Positions 50,001-60,392 of a stretch of DNA of 64,000 nt are shown here, piece by piece. The position numbers and the translations under genes are program-made. How positions within the stretch are numbered: position 1 is the stretch's first letter; each line of letters starts with the position of its first letter. A model generated the notes under the pieces. It was given only the letters and a program-made list of their open reading frames with translations. It was not told the DNA's origin and did no database searches. The stretch is taken from IMG/VR virus record IMGVR_UViG_3300027896_005002, positions 310,001 to 374,000 of that record. One strand, given 5' to 3'.

Positions 50001-53000
50001 TATGAGTATAATTTAAATTTAAAGTTGCCAAATAAGCATCTAATTCAGTCCATGTTCTAAAATATTGTAAAGTTTGTCTTAATGACGGCGTCATCAATGA
50101 TGTAATTTCATATTGTCTCGTAACATCATTATAATCAACTACAGGAGCTAATGTGCAAAGAATATCATATCTAGAAGGTACGATAAATCCTGCATCTTGT
50201 ATATGATCGCCAATGGGTCCATAATTATTTTGCCACTTTTCATCAGTTTCTTCATCAGTATCTTGAATTCTATCAATATCGGTAAAATCGTTAATATAAT
50301 TTGTAGATACACTATTTATTGATGTTATAGGTGGCGCGATATCAAAATTTAATATTATTTCATGTGGTGATTCAATATTTCCAGCAATATCTGATGAAAA
50401 ATAAACGAATGTTATTGTTCTAGATGCTAATACAAATGGTAATTGTATGGGTCCCGTATAATAGCGGATCGTGGGATCCTTATCCATTTGATAAATAATT
50501 TTGTCAACGCCTGAAATATTATCTGTCGCAGTTAATGTTATTTGCTGTTGTTGTGTATAATAATTATTAATTGATCCAGGAAAGATACTTATACTGGTTT
50601 CAGGATTTGTTGAATCAAGATAATAAATCTTTTGTGTTATTGCAGTTTCTGTATCAGTAACAGCTTTAGCACTTACCAACCAAATATTATCACTTGGTAA
50701 TGTAAATAGATTTGTATAGGTCTGATATAAATAAGTTTCTGTAAATGTATATTCTGGTTGAAGATCAAAATCAAGACCAAACACAGTTAAAGTAGCATCA
50801 AATTTTCCAGGATTAACAAATTTTATTTCTGATGTTGCAACTCCAGTTGCTGCAGCCGGTGATGTAACAGTAATATATCCAGTTCCAGCTAAACCATCAA
50901 CACCAGTTTGCGTTGCTATAACTGTACCAATAGCATTGTTGATGCCATCAATAATGTCTTGAATCGATGTATTTCTAGAGTCGACACCTCTAATGTCAAT
51001 TGTTAATGGTTGACCTGATTGATCAATTTCAAGAGAAATTAATGACCCATTAAATAAATCAATTGGACTTGTTATTTGAACTGTACTAGTATAGGTTGCT
51101 GTCGTTGGTTTGCTGTTTGGAGCAATTTTATATTGTAATGTGTTTATTAAGTTAGGTTTGTTTGTAACAACACCAATATCAGGCGATGATCTATACCAAC
51201 CGTGTTTTCCGTTTATTGGAAAACTTTCAGTTAATATTACTTGTAGAGTTGTTTCACCAAGCTCAATTCTAAATGGATCAGATTGTTTTACACTTTCAAT
51301 ATTTCCAGCATCATCTACTGAAAAGAATTTTACAACATATAATCCAGAATCTTTAATTTCAAAAGATGATCCCGATTTAGAATTAATTGTAGGAGTTGTT
51401 CCATCAATTGTATAATATGTTGTTGTATTATCTGATGCACTATCTGTTGTTAAAAAAGTTATTGTAACTGGTTCATGAGAAACAGTTAATGGGATTAAAA
51501 TTTCAGTTGATGGAACAATATTATCATATTTGAACACTTGCGTTAAAGCATCTTCTTTATTTCCTGCTATATCTACAGAATAAGCTTGTAAATAATGAAC
51601 ACCAATATTTGGTATTGTTATAAACAATGATGTATATTCTTGAAATGGTTGACCATCCCAAGAATAAAATATTTGTTTTAACCCAGATACATTATCAGTA
51701 GCAGATAATGAAATAATCGGAGATGTTAAATACCAATTATTTGACCCATCAGGTACAATATTAGTATTTACAGTTGTAATAGGCGAATGACTGTCAATTT
51801 TTACATATTCTGTTTGTACATCATTTATCTCGCTAGTAGAATGGCTTATTGAATAATATCTTATTCTTAATCCGGTTATTGTTATATCACCAGTGCCTGC
51901 AAAAGTAAAATCAATAAAATTATTAGCTACTGCATTGGCAAAAGTTGTCGCAAGTCTTATAGTTGTTGAAGATAATCTAATAACATAATATTGTGTACCT
52001 GAAACTAATGGTACTGGAATAGATGGTCCTGAAACAGTAACAATATCTCCAGTAAAATAATTATTGTCGTTGCTTATTGTTATTATACTAGTTATTAACC
52101 GTCCTATACCTGTTGAAGCAATATCAACAAAATTAATATCTCTAGCATTTTCCTGAGATATCGACAATCTTATTTGCGTGTCAGATAATCTAATGATATA
52201 ATAATTAGTTGTTTCTGACAATACTGAAGGTAACGAGTCATCAAATAAAACAGTACTTAAAGTATCAACTGTAAAGGCATCATCTGCATTAAGTGACGCA
52301 GCCTTTGCAGTCGTTAATTCTCCACTAGTAACATCTGACCCGTCAGCAGTATTAAATATATCTGATATACTTAAATTTTCGCCAATAATAAGATCTGCCA
52401 ATGTGGCATAATTTGACGGAATAACTGGTTTTCCTGCTCCAGATACAGTAGTAATAGAATAACTACGGACAGTACCAGATCCATTATTTGTTAAATGAAT
52501 TGCAATATTCGCTTTTGCATCATCAAATGTTAAAGCAAGTTTTAAAGAACTTTCAGAAATTCGAATCGCATAATAATTTGTTGATGTATTTAATGGTGAT
52601 GGTAAAGAATTTCCAGAAACTGTTATGATATCACCAGTAGTATAAATGTCTAATGACAAATTCAAATATAATATATCATCACCTAAATCAGAAATGAAAT
52701 TAATCGGCATATCACGAATAAATAAAATTTCACTCGCTGTTGCTGCACCACCAGTTGTTAAATCTATAGGTATATTAGCCAATGCATCAGTATACGATGC
52801 TGCTAGTTTTATTGAAGTATTACTAATATGAATTACAAAATAATATATATTTTCTTGTAACGGTGTGGGTAATGATCCACCAGTTAAAGTTACGATATCT
52901 CCAGTATTATAAGAATTATTGCCAATCAAAAGATCTGTTATACTATCACACACAAAAACATTCGCAGGAATATCAACATTCAATATACTTGTTTCTAACT

Positions 53001-53472
53001 GTCCTCCAACACCTGTGCTAATCAATGTAATAAAATTGTTTAAAATAGCATCATCATATGTTAAAGCTAATTGTATTGTTGTCGGAGATGTAATGATTAC
53101 ATAATAATTTGTTCCTACAACTAATGGATCTGGCAACGCAAATCCCGAAACATTTACAATATCACCAACAGTATAAATACTAGAATCAAAAACATTTAAT
53201 TCGCTTGTTAGTATATTAGCAATAAAAGATACTGGACCATTTACTGTGAAATTAAATGCATTACTCGACCAAAAACCTTTAGCAACTATGGGATAAGTTT
53301 CGTCTTGTAATATAAATGGACTGATATATTGTAATCTTGTAATCGAAGTTTTAGGATCAGTACCATCTAAAGTATAATATGTATCACTTGGTTCATTTAC
53401 TGTAAAATAAACTGCAAAAAAACTATTACACCACTGTGTTGAAATATTGCTAACAGTTATTGGAATTCCCAT
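47089..53472 (-). CDS. giant repetitive virion protein (2127 aa; Ig-like/OmpL47-type repeats plus eight LPxPL-YY modules)
   Basis: Repeated D...P.T...L.ATD..SG...I.Y...Y.S.D.AGN.E; YYTLDGT.P; between baseplate genes. Confidence 0.8.
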   Translation of the reverse strand: MGIPITVSNISTQWCNSFFAVYFTVNEPSDTYYTLDGTDPKTSITRLQYISPFILQDETYPIVAKGFWSSNAFNFTVNGPVSFIANILTSELNVFDSSIYTVGDIVNVSGFALPDPLVVGTNYYVIITSPTTIQLALTYDDAILNNFITLISTGVGGQLETSILNVDIPANVFVCDSITDLLIGNNSYNTGDIVTLTGGSLPTPLQENIYYFVIHISNTSIKLAASYTDALANIPIDLTTGGAATASEILFIRDMPINFISDLGDDILYLNLSLDIYTTGDIITVSGNSLPSPLNTSTNYYAIRISESSLKLALTFDDAKANIAIHLTNNGSGTVRSYSITTVSGAGKPVIPSNYATLADLIIGENLSISDIFNTADGSDVTSGELTTAKAASLNADDAFTVDTLSTVLFDDSLPSVLSETTNYYIIRLSDTQIRLSISQENARDINFVDIASTGIGRLITSIITISNDNNYFTGDIVTVSGPSIPVPLVSGTQYYVIRLSSTTIRLATTFANAVANNFIDFTFAGTGDITITGLRIRYYSISHSTSEINDVQTEYVKIDSHSPITTVNTNIVPDGSNNWYLTSPIISLSATDNVSGLKQIFYSWDGQPFQEYTSLFITIPNIGVHYLQAYSVDIAGNKEDALTQVFKYDNIVPSTEILIPLTVSHEPVTITFLTTDSASDNTTTYYTIDGTTPTINSKSGSSFEIKDSGLYVVKFFSVDDAGNIESVKQSDPFRIELGETTLQVILTESFPINGKHGWYRSSPDIGVVTNKPNLINTLQYKIAPNSKPTTATYTSTVQITSPIDLFNGSLISLEIDQSGQPLTIDIRGVDSRNTSIQDIIDGINNAIGTVIATQTGVDGLAGTGYITVTSPAAATGVATSEIKFVNPGKFDATLTVFGLDFDLQPEYTFTETYLYQTYTNLFTLPSDNIWLVSAKAVTDTETAITQKIYYLDSTNPETSISIFPGSINNYYTQQQQITLTATDNISGVDKIIYQMDKDPTIRYYTGPIQLPFVLASRTITFVYFSSDIAGNIESPHEIILNFDIAPPITSINSVSTNYINDFTDIDRIQDTDEETDEKWQNNYGPIGDHIQDAGFIVPSRYDILCTLAPVVDYNDVTRQYEITSLMTPSLRQTLQYFRTWTELDAYLATLNLNYTHIAFTADSLTDILTVSSNIYQTGYVVNVIGSSLPAPLTESTNYYAIRLSATQLQLAATYADAIAIVPTPIDLTSSGNGDLVRVTPEATIFNSHAPTLFTVSIIIDDTLDLSEPNYKYATGDAVKLTGLSLPEPLVRNQTYYIIKLSPIAIKLAYSYANAIANNAIELASLGSGNIITDFRLYLLPTDDLSVTVTELPIDRDVVNNILTVSGIIDSIVTVFNDTTSQYLTVDYFNDNKIYILEPFGVSDNILVNYTYSRITSTDYIVTYSADDINFTTRSGSGLIVILADSGFYNLQYRSTDIAGNVEPFETYPAKIAIINQRPVIITDIVDSLHTNNPLSPNSDGWYINGTSPEIKVTFEDQLHYVFKESSFVVSINKSVIPSLYANLTQLTTTENLLISYFPQTSFVASAATDILTVPVNTYETGDVVEIIAPIFPDLLPTPLTTMTAYYAIYVSSTELKLALTYNDAVNNIFIDLTTDGSGSLNNANRFFSGDGTDTGDGALAAAKGSSIVQGDTFFVTSSSTVVYLETISISGAYIVTFEAFRVDPFIEQMISVSSIVNTIHGGIYSSITLDINPSRFFAATNVALLGNDTFEIDYIFTTSQDNVTPLSKQIDIIPHSTSTVSYVDDFYNQLSPHLFFNGVSYTYNFEGQHTAFVAIIDKNNNLTIESTITQLVGFNNIIKLDTFIPVTTDDTSSIIGWNPAPGHTGWVSSAIVTLSATDFNTPNNSGIKSITYNIHGLVPDVVVTSPTPVDIFDASIILDISGQYTIKYFAQDYAGNIELVQTATDIVQIDNIAPITSVVVSPPNGLENWYVTNPNISLTAVDAHSGVNAIYYKWDNSIFFMVYTGVFLIPSEGIHTLYFFSVDNVGNTEQIKSYVFKLDVNPPTTIDNISGQWTNNPVITFTAIDNVSGAKRTYYEIRLSSIPVPDPTLLSPYTETFTITVPLSGIYHIKYFSVDVAGNVESIKVG

Positions 53473-53480
53473 AGTATCCC

Positions 53481-56400
53481 TTAGATAATATTGATGATTA
53501 ATGATTTAAGATTCAAATAATCTAAATCTGATACAATGATGTCATTCGCACCAGATTCTCCATGTACATTATATGCGACAGTCACATTAAAATTTGTCAC
53601 GCTTGAACTAATCTGACTGACAATTGTATGATTCCCTGTACCTTGATTTATAAAAGGTATTGCAATTCCGGACTGAGCATTAGCTAGTGAACTTGCAATT
53701 CTAATATAAATATTGTTAAGAAATATCACATAATAATCTGTTAATGGTAGTAAAGGATCAGGTAATGATCCTGTTGAAATAAATTGAACCTTTGTTCCTG
53801 TTTCCCATACTTGACTTACAAGAATAGTGTTATTTACTATATTTATATCAGTTGCGGCAACAACTTCCTGTTGATAATTAACAGATAAATAGATAGATCC
53901 ATCACTACTAATATATGCTTGATTTGCAAAAGTTTTGACATCATCTGGTGTCGCAACTAATGTAAGATCAACATTATCTTTTGTCACTCTCCAAAATTTT
54001 GAAATATCACTGCTACTACCCAATGTCTTATATCTTAATATACCAGCTAATGTTTTATAAACAATAGCATTTCCAACTTGATAAATAAACCAATTAATAC
54101 TGTTTGGTATTACCTCGTTTGCAATATGAACACCATCAGATATTTTCATTGTTGTCATAGGCAAACTAACATAATCAACATCTGCACTATCATCAATTAC
54201 AGCAACGACATCACTTTGACTAATTCTATCACCCATTTTCTTTTGATCAAATATTGTAAACAATTTAGTTGAAAGTTGATCTTTAACTACTGGAGTATTT
54301 GCACCAGTAGCTAATTTTACATTAAATTCTAAGTCAACATCAATTTGATTTGCAGCTTTAACCAAAACATCTGCAGTAACGTGTCTTGAAACATTTATTT
54401 TATCTTGTATAGTTTTAATTAATGAATTCACAGTATAAGTTGCAGTCATTTGTTCACCATATTTATAACTTACGATAACTGTTTGACCCGTTGATATTGA
54501 AGATGTATTTGATCTTGCAATTTGAACATAATTAAATGGTGTTTCTGCAGACAATATCAAATAATCATTATTTAATTCATATGTTATTGTTTGTGTTAAA
54601 TCAGTAACTACAATTGTATGCTCATCAATTCCTTTTTTATTTAACGACTTGTAATCAAGTCCGGCAAGCACAACATTCTCACTAAAATCATATAATTGTC
54701 CTTCAGGCATTCCTGTACTAGGATTATATAGTAGTGTCACACTTCGTTGTGATCTTACTGAATTTCCTTCAATTAAAATATCGTCAACCTTATTAAATGT
54801 GTATCCTGAACCTTCCTGTAAAACTGTCCCATTAGCTGTAACAATAGAAACAATAGTATCAACTGGTTGATTTGAAAAAATAATCGGCGGCGATTTACGA
54901 TAACGATATGTCATTCTAACAATATCTGTTGACAATAATCCAATAGTACTATTAATAGCATTATGAGTATTAATATTAATAGTTTTTCCATCAGCTTCTA
55001 TTAATATCGCTTCAACAACATTGTCATGACTTAATAATGCTGTTATTTCTCCACCAGAAGCACTTGCAATAACAACTTCATTTAATACTGTTGTAACATA
55101 TTTATAATCTGCAGTCAACATGTCACCAACAGCAATAAATGTATTATAAAATCTTTGTGTCGTCAATGCACTATTTATTGTTACAATGCCCGTACTATAA
55201 TCTATTGTATAATCTAAATCTTTTACTAATGTCACTTTTGTATCAGGAGTAATTACTAATGATCCAAAACCAGCATCAACAAAACCAATTGCCACACCTG
55301 CTAATGCATTTTCTATTGTTGTGGCTAATTTCAACTGTCTTGTTCCAGTTTCTGTTAATCTACTACAAATCACATAATAGCCTATATCAGCTACTAATGG
55401 AGCAGGTAATATTCCTGAAGGACTTGAAACTAAGACTTTATCACCAGTTCTGAAAATATGACGTTCACCTGTTGTTATTGTTATAACTGATACTGGAAAA
55501 CCAACTGTTGATATTGTCCACGGATTAAATGATCCTGATCCAGCAGTAGACGTCACATTCACGACTAAAATTCCTGTCATCACATCATATGATGTTACAG
55601 CTCCTTGCATTTTATGTGTATCATCATATTTAAGTTCAATGACTTCATCAACACTAAACATCAAATTCAAATCATTTGTAATTACAGTTTGTAATCCTGT
55701 ACTTATTGAAACTATCGTATTTGATGTTGTTAAATTTCCAACTACAAAATTATTTGTTCTCGATCCATAAATTATCTCAGAAAATAATGCTACTGGATTA
55801 TTAATAGTTTGAATAGTTTGGGGATCAAGAACTATTACTGTTTCATTTGTAATTGCAACTTTATAATCATAATCTGCAACTATTTGATCACCAAACGATA
55901 ATGGTGTATCAAATGTCATTTCTCCCGTTATTAAATCCATTGAATATTGATCTTTAGGTAAAATAACAGCATTTCTTTTAATTGTAAAATTGCCTGTCAA
56001 ATCATATAATTTACTTTTTGTTATATTCTCAATCATTTGTATTAAATAAACAGGATCATCAATTGAAACATCTGGATTTATAACTTGAATTCTCCACTGT
56101 ACTGGTAAACTAGCAACAACAACCACTACTGTTTCATCAATCACACCATTATATACAAAACCAAAAGTATCAGTATAACTTATTTCTGAAAATCCTTTAA
56201 AATAAATATCAACTTTTCCATAAGCATGCTGCTTTCTTACAATATCATAATCTCTTTGCATTAATGGATGACCTGCATCAACTACTAAAACATCTTGAAC
56301 GTATTGAACACCAATAGTTGTTCTTAAATATCCGTCAAGAGTTCCAATATCTAAACCAGTAAAAGCCAACATTGCTCTAAAAGCTAAATTACTATTACTT

Positions 56401-57527
56401 TCACTATCAGATCCTTCTTGCGTCGGCCTTATATTTGTTACCTGAAATTGTGTAAATGTAGAGTTTGTAATTGTGCCAGCATCAACATTTGTTATAGAGC
56501 CTGTTTGAACAGATTGTACTGGAGCAGTTACTTCATATCGTTGTGTAGCTTCATTAAAATATTGATCAATTGAAGATATCAACATTTTAGCTTCAGCCAA
56601 TGTTTGAAAATTTATGGCAGGCACTGTTGATGTTGCTGTCGTTGACACAATAGTATTTAACGGTACAGTTATTGTTGCTGTTGGTTTTATTATAGTATAA
56701 AAAACAACTTCACCTATAGATCCAGTTGCAGGCTCTCTAAATGTTTGACTATTTGCTGCAAGTTTGTCAAAAGAAAAATCAATCAAACTTTGTACATCTG
56801 CATCTACAGTTAAATGTAATGCTGCCTTTAACTGTTGTTTATATACAGAATTTGATACACTGATTGATGATCCAGTATTATTAGGATCATCAATATTTAA
56901 CAACGTTAGAAAAGATTGTGACCTCAAAAGAAAATCAATATAAATGTATAAATCACCATAATTAGCAGCATGTGGATCAATATGAATGTCTCTAGTCATT
57001 GTACCAGGTTTAACATCAAGATCAGGATATCTATCAAGCATTCGACCAATCATTGTTTGAGCTACATCACTTGTAGATCTAACAGGAAAATCAACAATAC
57101 TTGATGTTATTATTATTGGTACATCGCTTATTTCAATAGAAAATAAACTTTCTTCATTACCATTATTAACAGCAGTAATTACATAATATTGTCGTCTATT
57201 ATCAACAAGCCCGCTATGAGTATAAGCATAAATTGATATATTTTGAAAGTCTTCAACTGTTGTTGTAGTTTTTACACCACCTATTACTTGTACTGTAGTT
57301 GTAGAATCAATCACTTTTTGAACAACACTATTCACAACTGTAATTAATTCATTATTTAATTTAGCATATCCACTAACACCACCACCAGAAGTAGTGGCAT
57401 TATAAATATTATAACCTTTAATATCAGTTTCAGGATTGGCATCCCATTTTATGATGACTGCATTTCCTGATGATTCTGTAAATAGACCGGTAGGCTGTGA
57501 AGGTCTAGACATGAAATGTCCTTTCAA
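53481..57527 (-). CDS. baseplate J-like wedge protein with N-terminal FN3 domain and insertions
   Basis: DLDVKPGTMTRDIHIDP, R.PAT...G.V.F, GSDSESN..L..R, GKVDIY, ISQSDVV..I....VDYV; start probably MSRP. Confidence 0.85.
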   Translation of the reverse strand: MKGHFMSRPSQPTGLFTESSGNAVIIKWDANPETDIKGYNIYNATTSGGGVSGYAKLNNELITVVNSVVQKVIDSTTTVQVIGGVKTTTTVEDFQNISIYAYTHSGLVDNRRQYYVITAVNNGNEESLFSIEISDVPIIITSSIVDFPVRSTSDVAQTMIGRMLDRYPDLDVKPGTMTRDIHIDPHAANYGDLYIYIDFLLRSQSFLTLLNIDDPNNTGSSISVSNSVYKQQLKAALHLTVDADVQSLIDFSFDKLAANSQTFREPATGSIGEVVFYTIIKPTATITVPLNTIVSTTATSTVPAINFQTLAEAKMLISSIDQYFNEATQRYEVTAPVQSVQTGSITNVDAGTITNSTFTQFQVTNIRPTQEGSDSESNSNLAFRAMLAFTGLDIGTLDGYLRTTIGVQYVQDVLVVDAGHPLMQRDYDIVRKQHAYGKVDIYFKGFSEISYTDTFGFVYNGVIDETVVVVVASLPVQWRIQVINPDVSIDDPVYLIQMIENITKSKLYDLTGNFTIKRNAVILPKDQYSMDLITGEMTFDTPLSFGDQIVADYDYKVAITNETVIVLDPQTIQTINNPVALFSEIIYGSRTNNFVVGNLTTSNTIVSISTGLQTVITNDLNLMFSVDEVIELKYDDTHKMQGAVTSYDVMTGILVVNVTSTAGSGSFNPWTISTVGFPVSVITITTGERHIFRTGDKVLVSSPSGILPAPLVADIGYYVICSRLTETGTRQLKLATTIENALAGVAIGFVDAGFGSLVITPDTKVTLVKDLDYTIDYSTGIVTINSALTTQRFYNTFIAVGDMLTADYKYVTTVLNEVVIASASGGEITALLSHDNVVEAILIEADGKTININTHNAINSTIGLLSTDIVRMTYRYRKSPPIIFSNQPVDTIVSIVTANGTVLQEGSGYTFNKVDDILIEGNSVRSQRSVTLLYNPSTGMPEGQLYDFSENVVLAGLDYKSLNKKGIDEHTIVVTDLTQTITYELNNDYLILSAETPFNYVQIARSNTSSISTGQTVIVSYKYGEQMTATYTVNSLIKTIQDKINVSRHVTADVLVKAANQIDVDLEFNVKLATGANTPVVKDQLSTKLFTIFDQKKMGDRISQSDVVAVIDDSADVDYVSLPMTTMKISDGVHIANEVIPNSINWFIYQVGNAIVYKTLAGILRYKTLGSSSDISKFWRVTKDNVDLTLVATPDDVKTFANQAYISSDGSIYLSVNYQQEVVAATDINIVNNTILVSQVWETGTKVQFISTGSLPDPLLPLTDYYVIFLNNIYIRIASSLANAQSGIAIPFINQGTGNHTIVSQISSSVTNFNVTVAYNVHGESGANDIIVSDLDYLNLKSLIINII

Positions 57528-58296
57528 CTATTTTATTTCTAATTTTTCTTGTTATAATCAATGTCTTAATAATTTTAGATAATTTTTTTCCTTTTTTTGA
57601 TTCACCAATTTTTCTTTTTGTTTCTTCAGATAATTTTTTTCCTTTTCTTGACTCACTAATTTTTTTCCTAGCTTCTTCAGACATTTTTTTACCTTTTTTT
57701 GATTCACTAATTTTTCTTCTAGTTTCATCAGAACATGGTCTATTATAAAAATTAGGATTGTTTTTTCTTGTTTCATTCATTTTTCTTTTCACTTCATCTG
57801 AAAGATGTTTACCAAATAAATAATGATTTTCACCTTTATTTGATTCACTTATTTTCTTTCTAGTCTTTTTTGAATGATGCTTGCCAAACATTGGATGATT
57901 TTTACCTGACTTTATTTCACTTAATTTCTTTTTATGCTCTTCAGTAAATTTCCTACCCTTTGATGCTATACTTAATTTTTTTCTAGTTTCTTCTGATATT
58001 ATTTTACCCTTACCACCTTCATTTAAGTTATAACCTTTTTGTGGATTCATAGTATTATGCATTTTTATAAAATACTGTTCAGCTTTATCTAAAGTAGAGT
58101 TGTCTAAAGTATTACATTTTATACTCCACTCAAATTTATCAAACCCATACTTTCTAAGAGCTCTATGAAAATAAAGATCATCATTTTTCATAGCATCTTT
58201 AAAATGTTGAATCCTTCGTTTTTCTAAAGTTCTAGTAGTCTGACCAAAATAAAGTTTTCCGTTTATTTTATTTTTAACTTGATAAATTATAGACAT
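57505..58296 (-). CDS. GIY-YIG homing endonuclease with NUMOD3 repeats
   Basis: IIYQVKNKINGKLYFGQT, RALRKYG, E..FI, GYN; repeated SEETRKKISES.KG. Confidence 0.92.
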   Translation of the reverse strand: MSIIYQVKNKINGKLYFGQTTRTLEKRRIQHFKDAMKNDDLYFHRALRKYGFDKFEWSIKCNTLDNSTLDKAEQYFIKMHNTMNPQKGYNLNEGGKGKIISEETRKKLSIASKGRKFTEEHKKKLSEIKSGKNHPMFGKHHSKKTRKKISESNKGENHYLFGKHLSDEVKRKMNETRKNNPNFYNRPCSDETRRKISESKKGKKMSEEARKKISESRKGKKLSEETKRKIGESKKGKKLSKIIKTLIITRKIRNKIVERTFHV

Positions 58297-59792
58297 TAAT
58301 TTCCTTGAAAGAGCGGCTTGTTAAACATTAGTGATGTGTCCAACTGAATAGCTGTCGCAGCTTGAGATACAACAGTAGCATCTATATCATAAAAATCTGG
58401 ATCAATATCACTCTGTTCAACAATAATATTACTAAGAAAACTAAAAAATTCTTCATCATCAACTTGTTGATACTGTGTCTGTTGTGTTTGTAAATCTTTC
58501 ATCTTCTCACCAGCATCAATAATCTCACCTTTAAATTTCGGTATATAATATTCCGATGGCTTAGCTGTACCAATATAAGATATTAATGATGTTCCATACC
58601 ATGGATGTGCTGTATTTGTTCCTTTTATTGCTGTTACAAGTTTCAATAAATCTTGCAACATTTTTTGCTCTTTAACCACTGTAATTACATCATGTAACTT
58701 ATCATAATCATAATCATTAACTTGACCAGTTCTTCTACATTTTCTGCATTTTAATATTGTGACTTGATAATCTAATGATATTATATCTGTCGGCACATTT
58801 TCATCTCTATAATTATATGAAATTGTCACAGTATCAGTTATTTTTGGTACAAATCCTAAATTAATTTCACCTGTTATTGCATCCATATTAACTGGAGTAA
58901 TACGTTGTCCATTAACTAATACAGCTACTTGAGTTATCATTGTTGCATTTGGATCTGTTCTTATTTTTGCTTTTGGTGGAATTATAGGTTTATGTTGTGT
59001 ATAAAAATAATTTTCAATACCAGTAAATTGATTTGACACATCTTCATCCTGAATCAAAAATTGATTTGTTTGTTTTTGTTGATCAAAAATAATCTTACTT
59101 ACACCAAATGTGTTATCAAATGTTAATTGCCACCCATCCTTAAATAATGGATAATAAAATATTGCAACAGTTTGATTCGTTGGAATAACCTCTTTAATTG
59201 TTATTCTACCTGTTGTTGCGTCAACATTCTTAACATGCGCCCTATATATATAAGATACAGTCACAATTGCACCAGCAACCGGCGCATTTTTTAATATTAT
59301 TTTACCAAATATAGGTTCAATAGAATCAATATCTACAATAACAGAATTAACTTTGACTGTAATATCATTTTTTGTTAGTTGTGTTGCATATATGTCATAT
59401 TTTGACATTAAAGGTCTATGTTGTGTCACTAAAAGTGTATCTATACCTGTAAACTGAGCTGAAGCATCTTCATCAGTAATAGTTACTTGTACAATTACAT
59501 CATAAGGTCTTGATGCCAATATTTTTCTATTTGAACCATCATAAATTGGTATTTTAGATGCTACATAAATAGTATTTGATCCTGTAATTTGTGATGTTAC
59601 ATCTTCTGTAAATAAAAGTTCTGTTGTGTTATTTCTATTTAAAGGCACACCATCAACTCTAACAATCATACTATCAGGATTTGCAACAATAGAACTAATT
59701 GTCACTGTTTTGAAATCAGTATCTTCAACACAGTATTCATCCTCAGATACTTTATGATCACAATATCGTAAAAGTTTTGTATCAAATGACAT
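58296..59792 (-). CDS. baseplate protein with C-terminal gp25-like domain
   Basis: KMLQDLLK...GTN.AHPWYGTSL...IG; three ED(V/A)(S/T)xQ(F/I)TG repeats. Confidence 0.72.
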   Translation of the reverse strand: MSFDTKLLRYCDHKVSEDEYCVEDTDFKTVTISSIVANPDSMIVRVDGVPLNRNNTTELLFTEDVTSQITGSNTIYVASKIPIYDGSNRKILASRPYDVIVQVTITDEDASAQFTGIDTLLVTQHRPLMSKYDIYATQLTKNDITVKVNSVIVDIDSIEPIFGKIILKNAPVAGAIVTVSYIYRAHVKNVDATTGRITIKEVIPTNQTVAIFYYPLFKDGWQLTFDNTFGVSKIIFDQQKQTNQFLIQDEDVSNQFTGIENYFYTQHKPIIPPKAKIRTDPNATMITQVAVLVNGQRITPVNMDAITGEINLGFVPKITDTVTISYNYRDENVPTDIISLDYQVTILKCRKCRRTGQVNDYDYDKLHDVITVVKEQKMLQDLLKLVTAIKGTNTAHPWYGTSLISYIGTAKPSEYYIPKFKGEIIDAGEKMKDLQTQQTQYQQVDDEEFFSFLSNIIVEQSDIDPDFYDIDATVVSQAATAIQLDTSLMFNKPLFQGN

Positions 59793-60256
59793 TAGGTCAC
59801 AATCCCTTCTGTCTTTAAATACCTATGTTTATTGTCAAACAATGAATTAATTGTTTCGATATTAGTTCTAAAATCTGACTTAGTAATCCGTAACAAATGA
59901 ATTCTTTCTTGCAATTGTTCTATTTTATCAAGAATTTTTCTATTTCGATGTTCAATATTATCTCTTACTTTAATATTTGAATAAAAAGGTTCTTTTATTC
60001 TCTGTACTAAAATAGCAGAATCAATGTCATCAACTTGTGTAGGTACTACTCTAAAAAAAGATTTTTCAAAAGTTTTAAACTTAACATTCATACGATTGGA
60101 ATAATCTGATAAATCAGATAATGTTTTCTGTAACTGGCCTATCTCAAAAATCATATGATTAATTTGTGCATCTACACTATCAAGTTGACTTTGCAGATAC
60201 GTACGTAAAGATTCAAGTTCTTGTTTTGAAAATATTCCCAAAAAATCAAATGCCAT
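59792..60256 (-). CDS. hypothetical coiled-coil protein
   Basis: 154-aa ORF, helical, coupled to the downstream gene. Confidence 0.75.
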   Translation of the reverse strand: MAFDFLGIFSKQELESLRTYLQSQLDSVDAQINHMIFEIGQLQKTLSDLSDYSNRMNVKFKTFEKSFFRVVPTQVDDIDSAILVQRIKEPFYSNIKVRDNIEHRNRKILDKIEQLQERIHLLRITKSDFRTNIETINSLFDNKHRYLKTEGIVT

Positions 60257-60392
60257 GAATGTCTCTTTTCATAATTGTAAGATATTATGATTTTATAAAA
60301 CGATTATCGATATTGAGAGGATATAAAGACATTCTCCCTTAATAGGTCGATGAATGTCTTTGAGGGATAAAAGAAGCAAGAATTATAAATTT

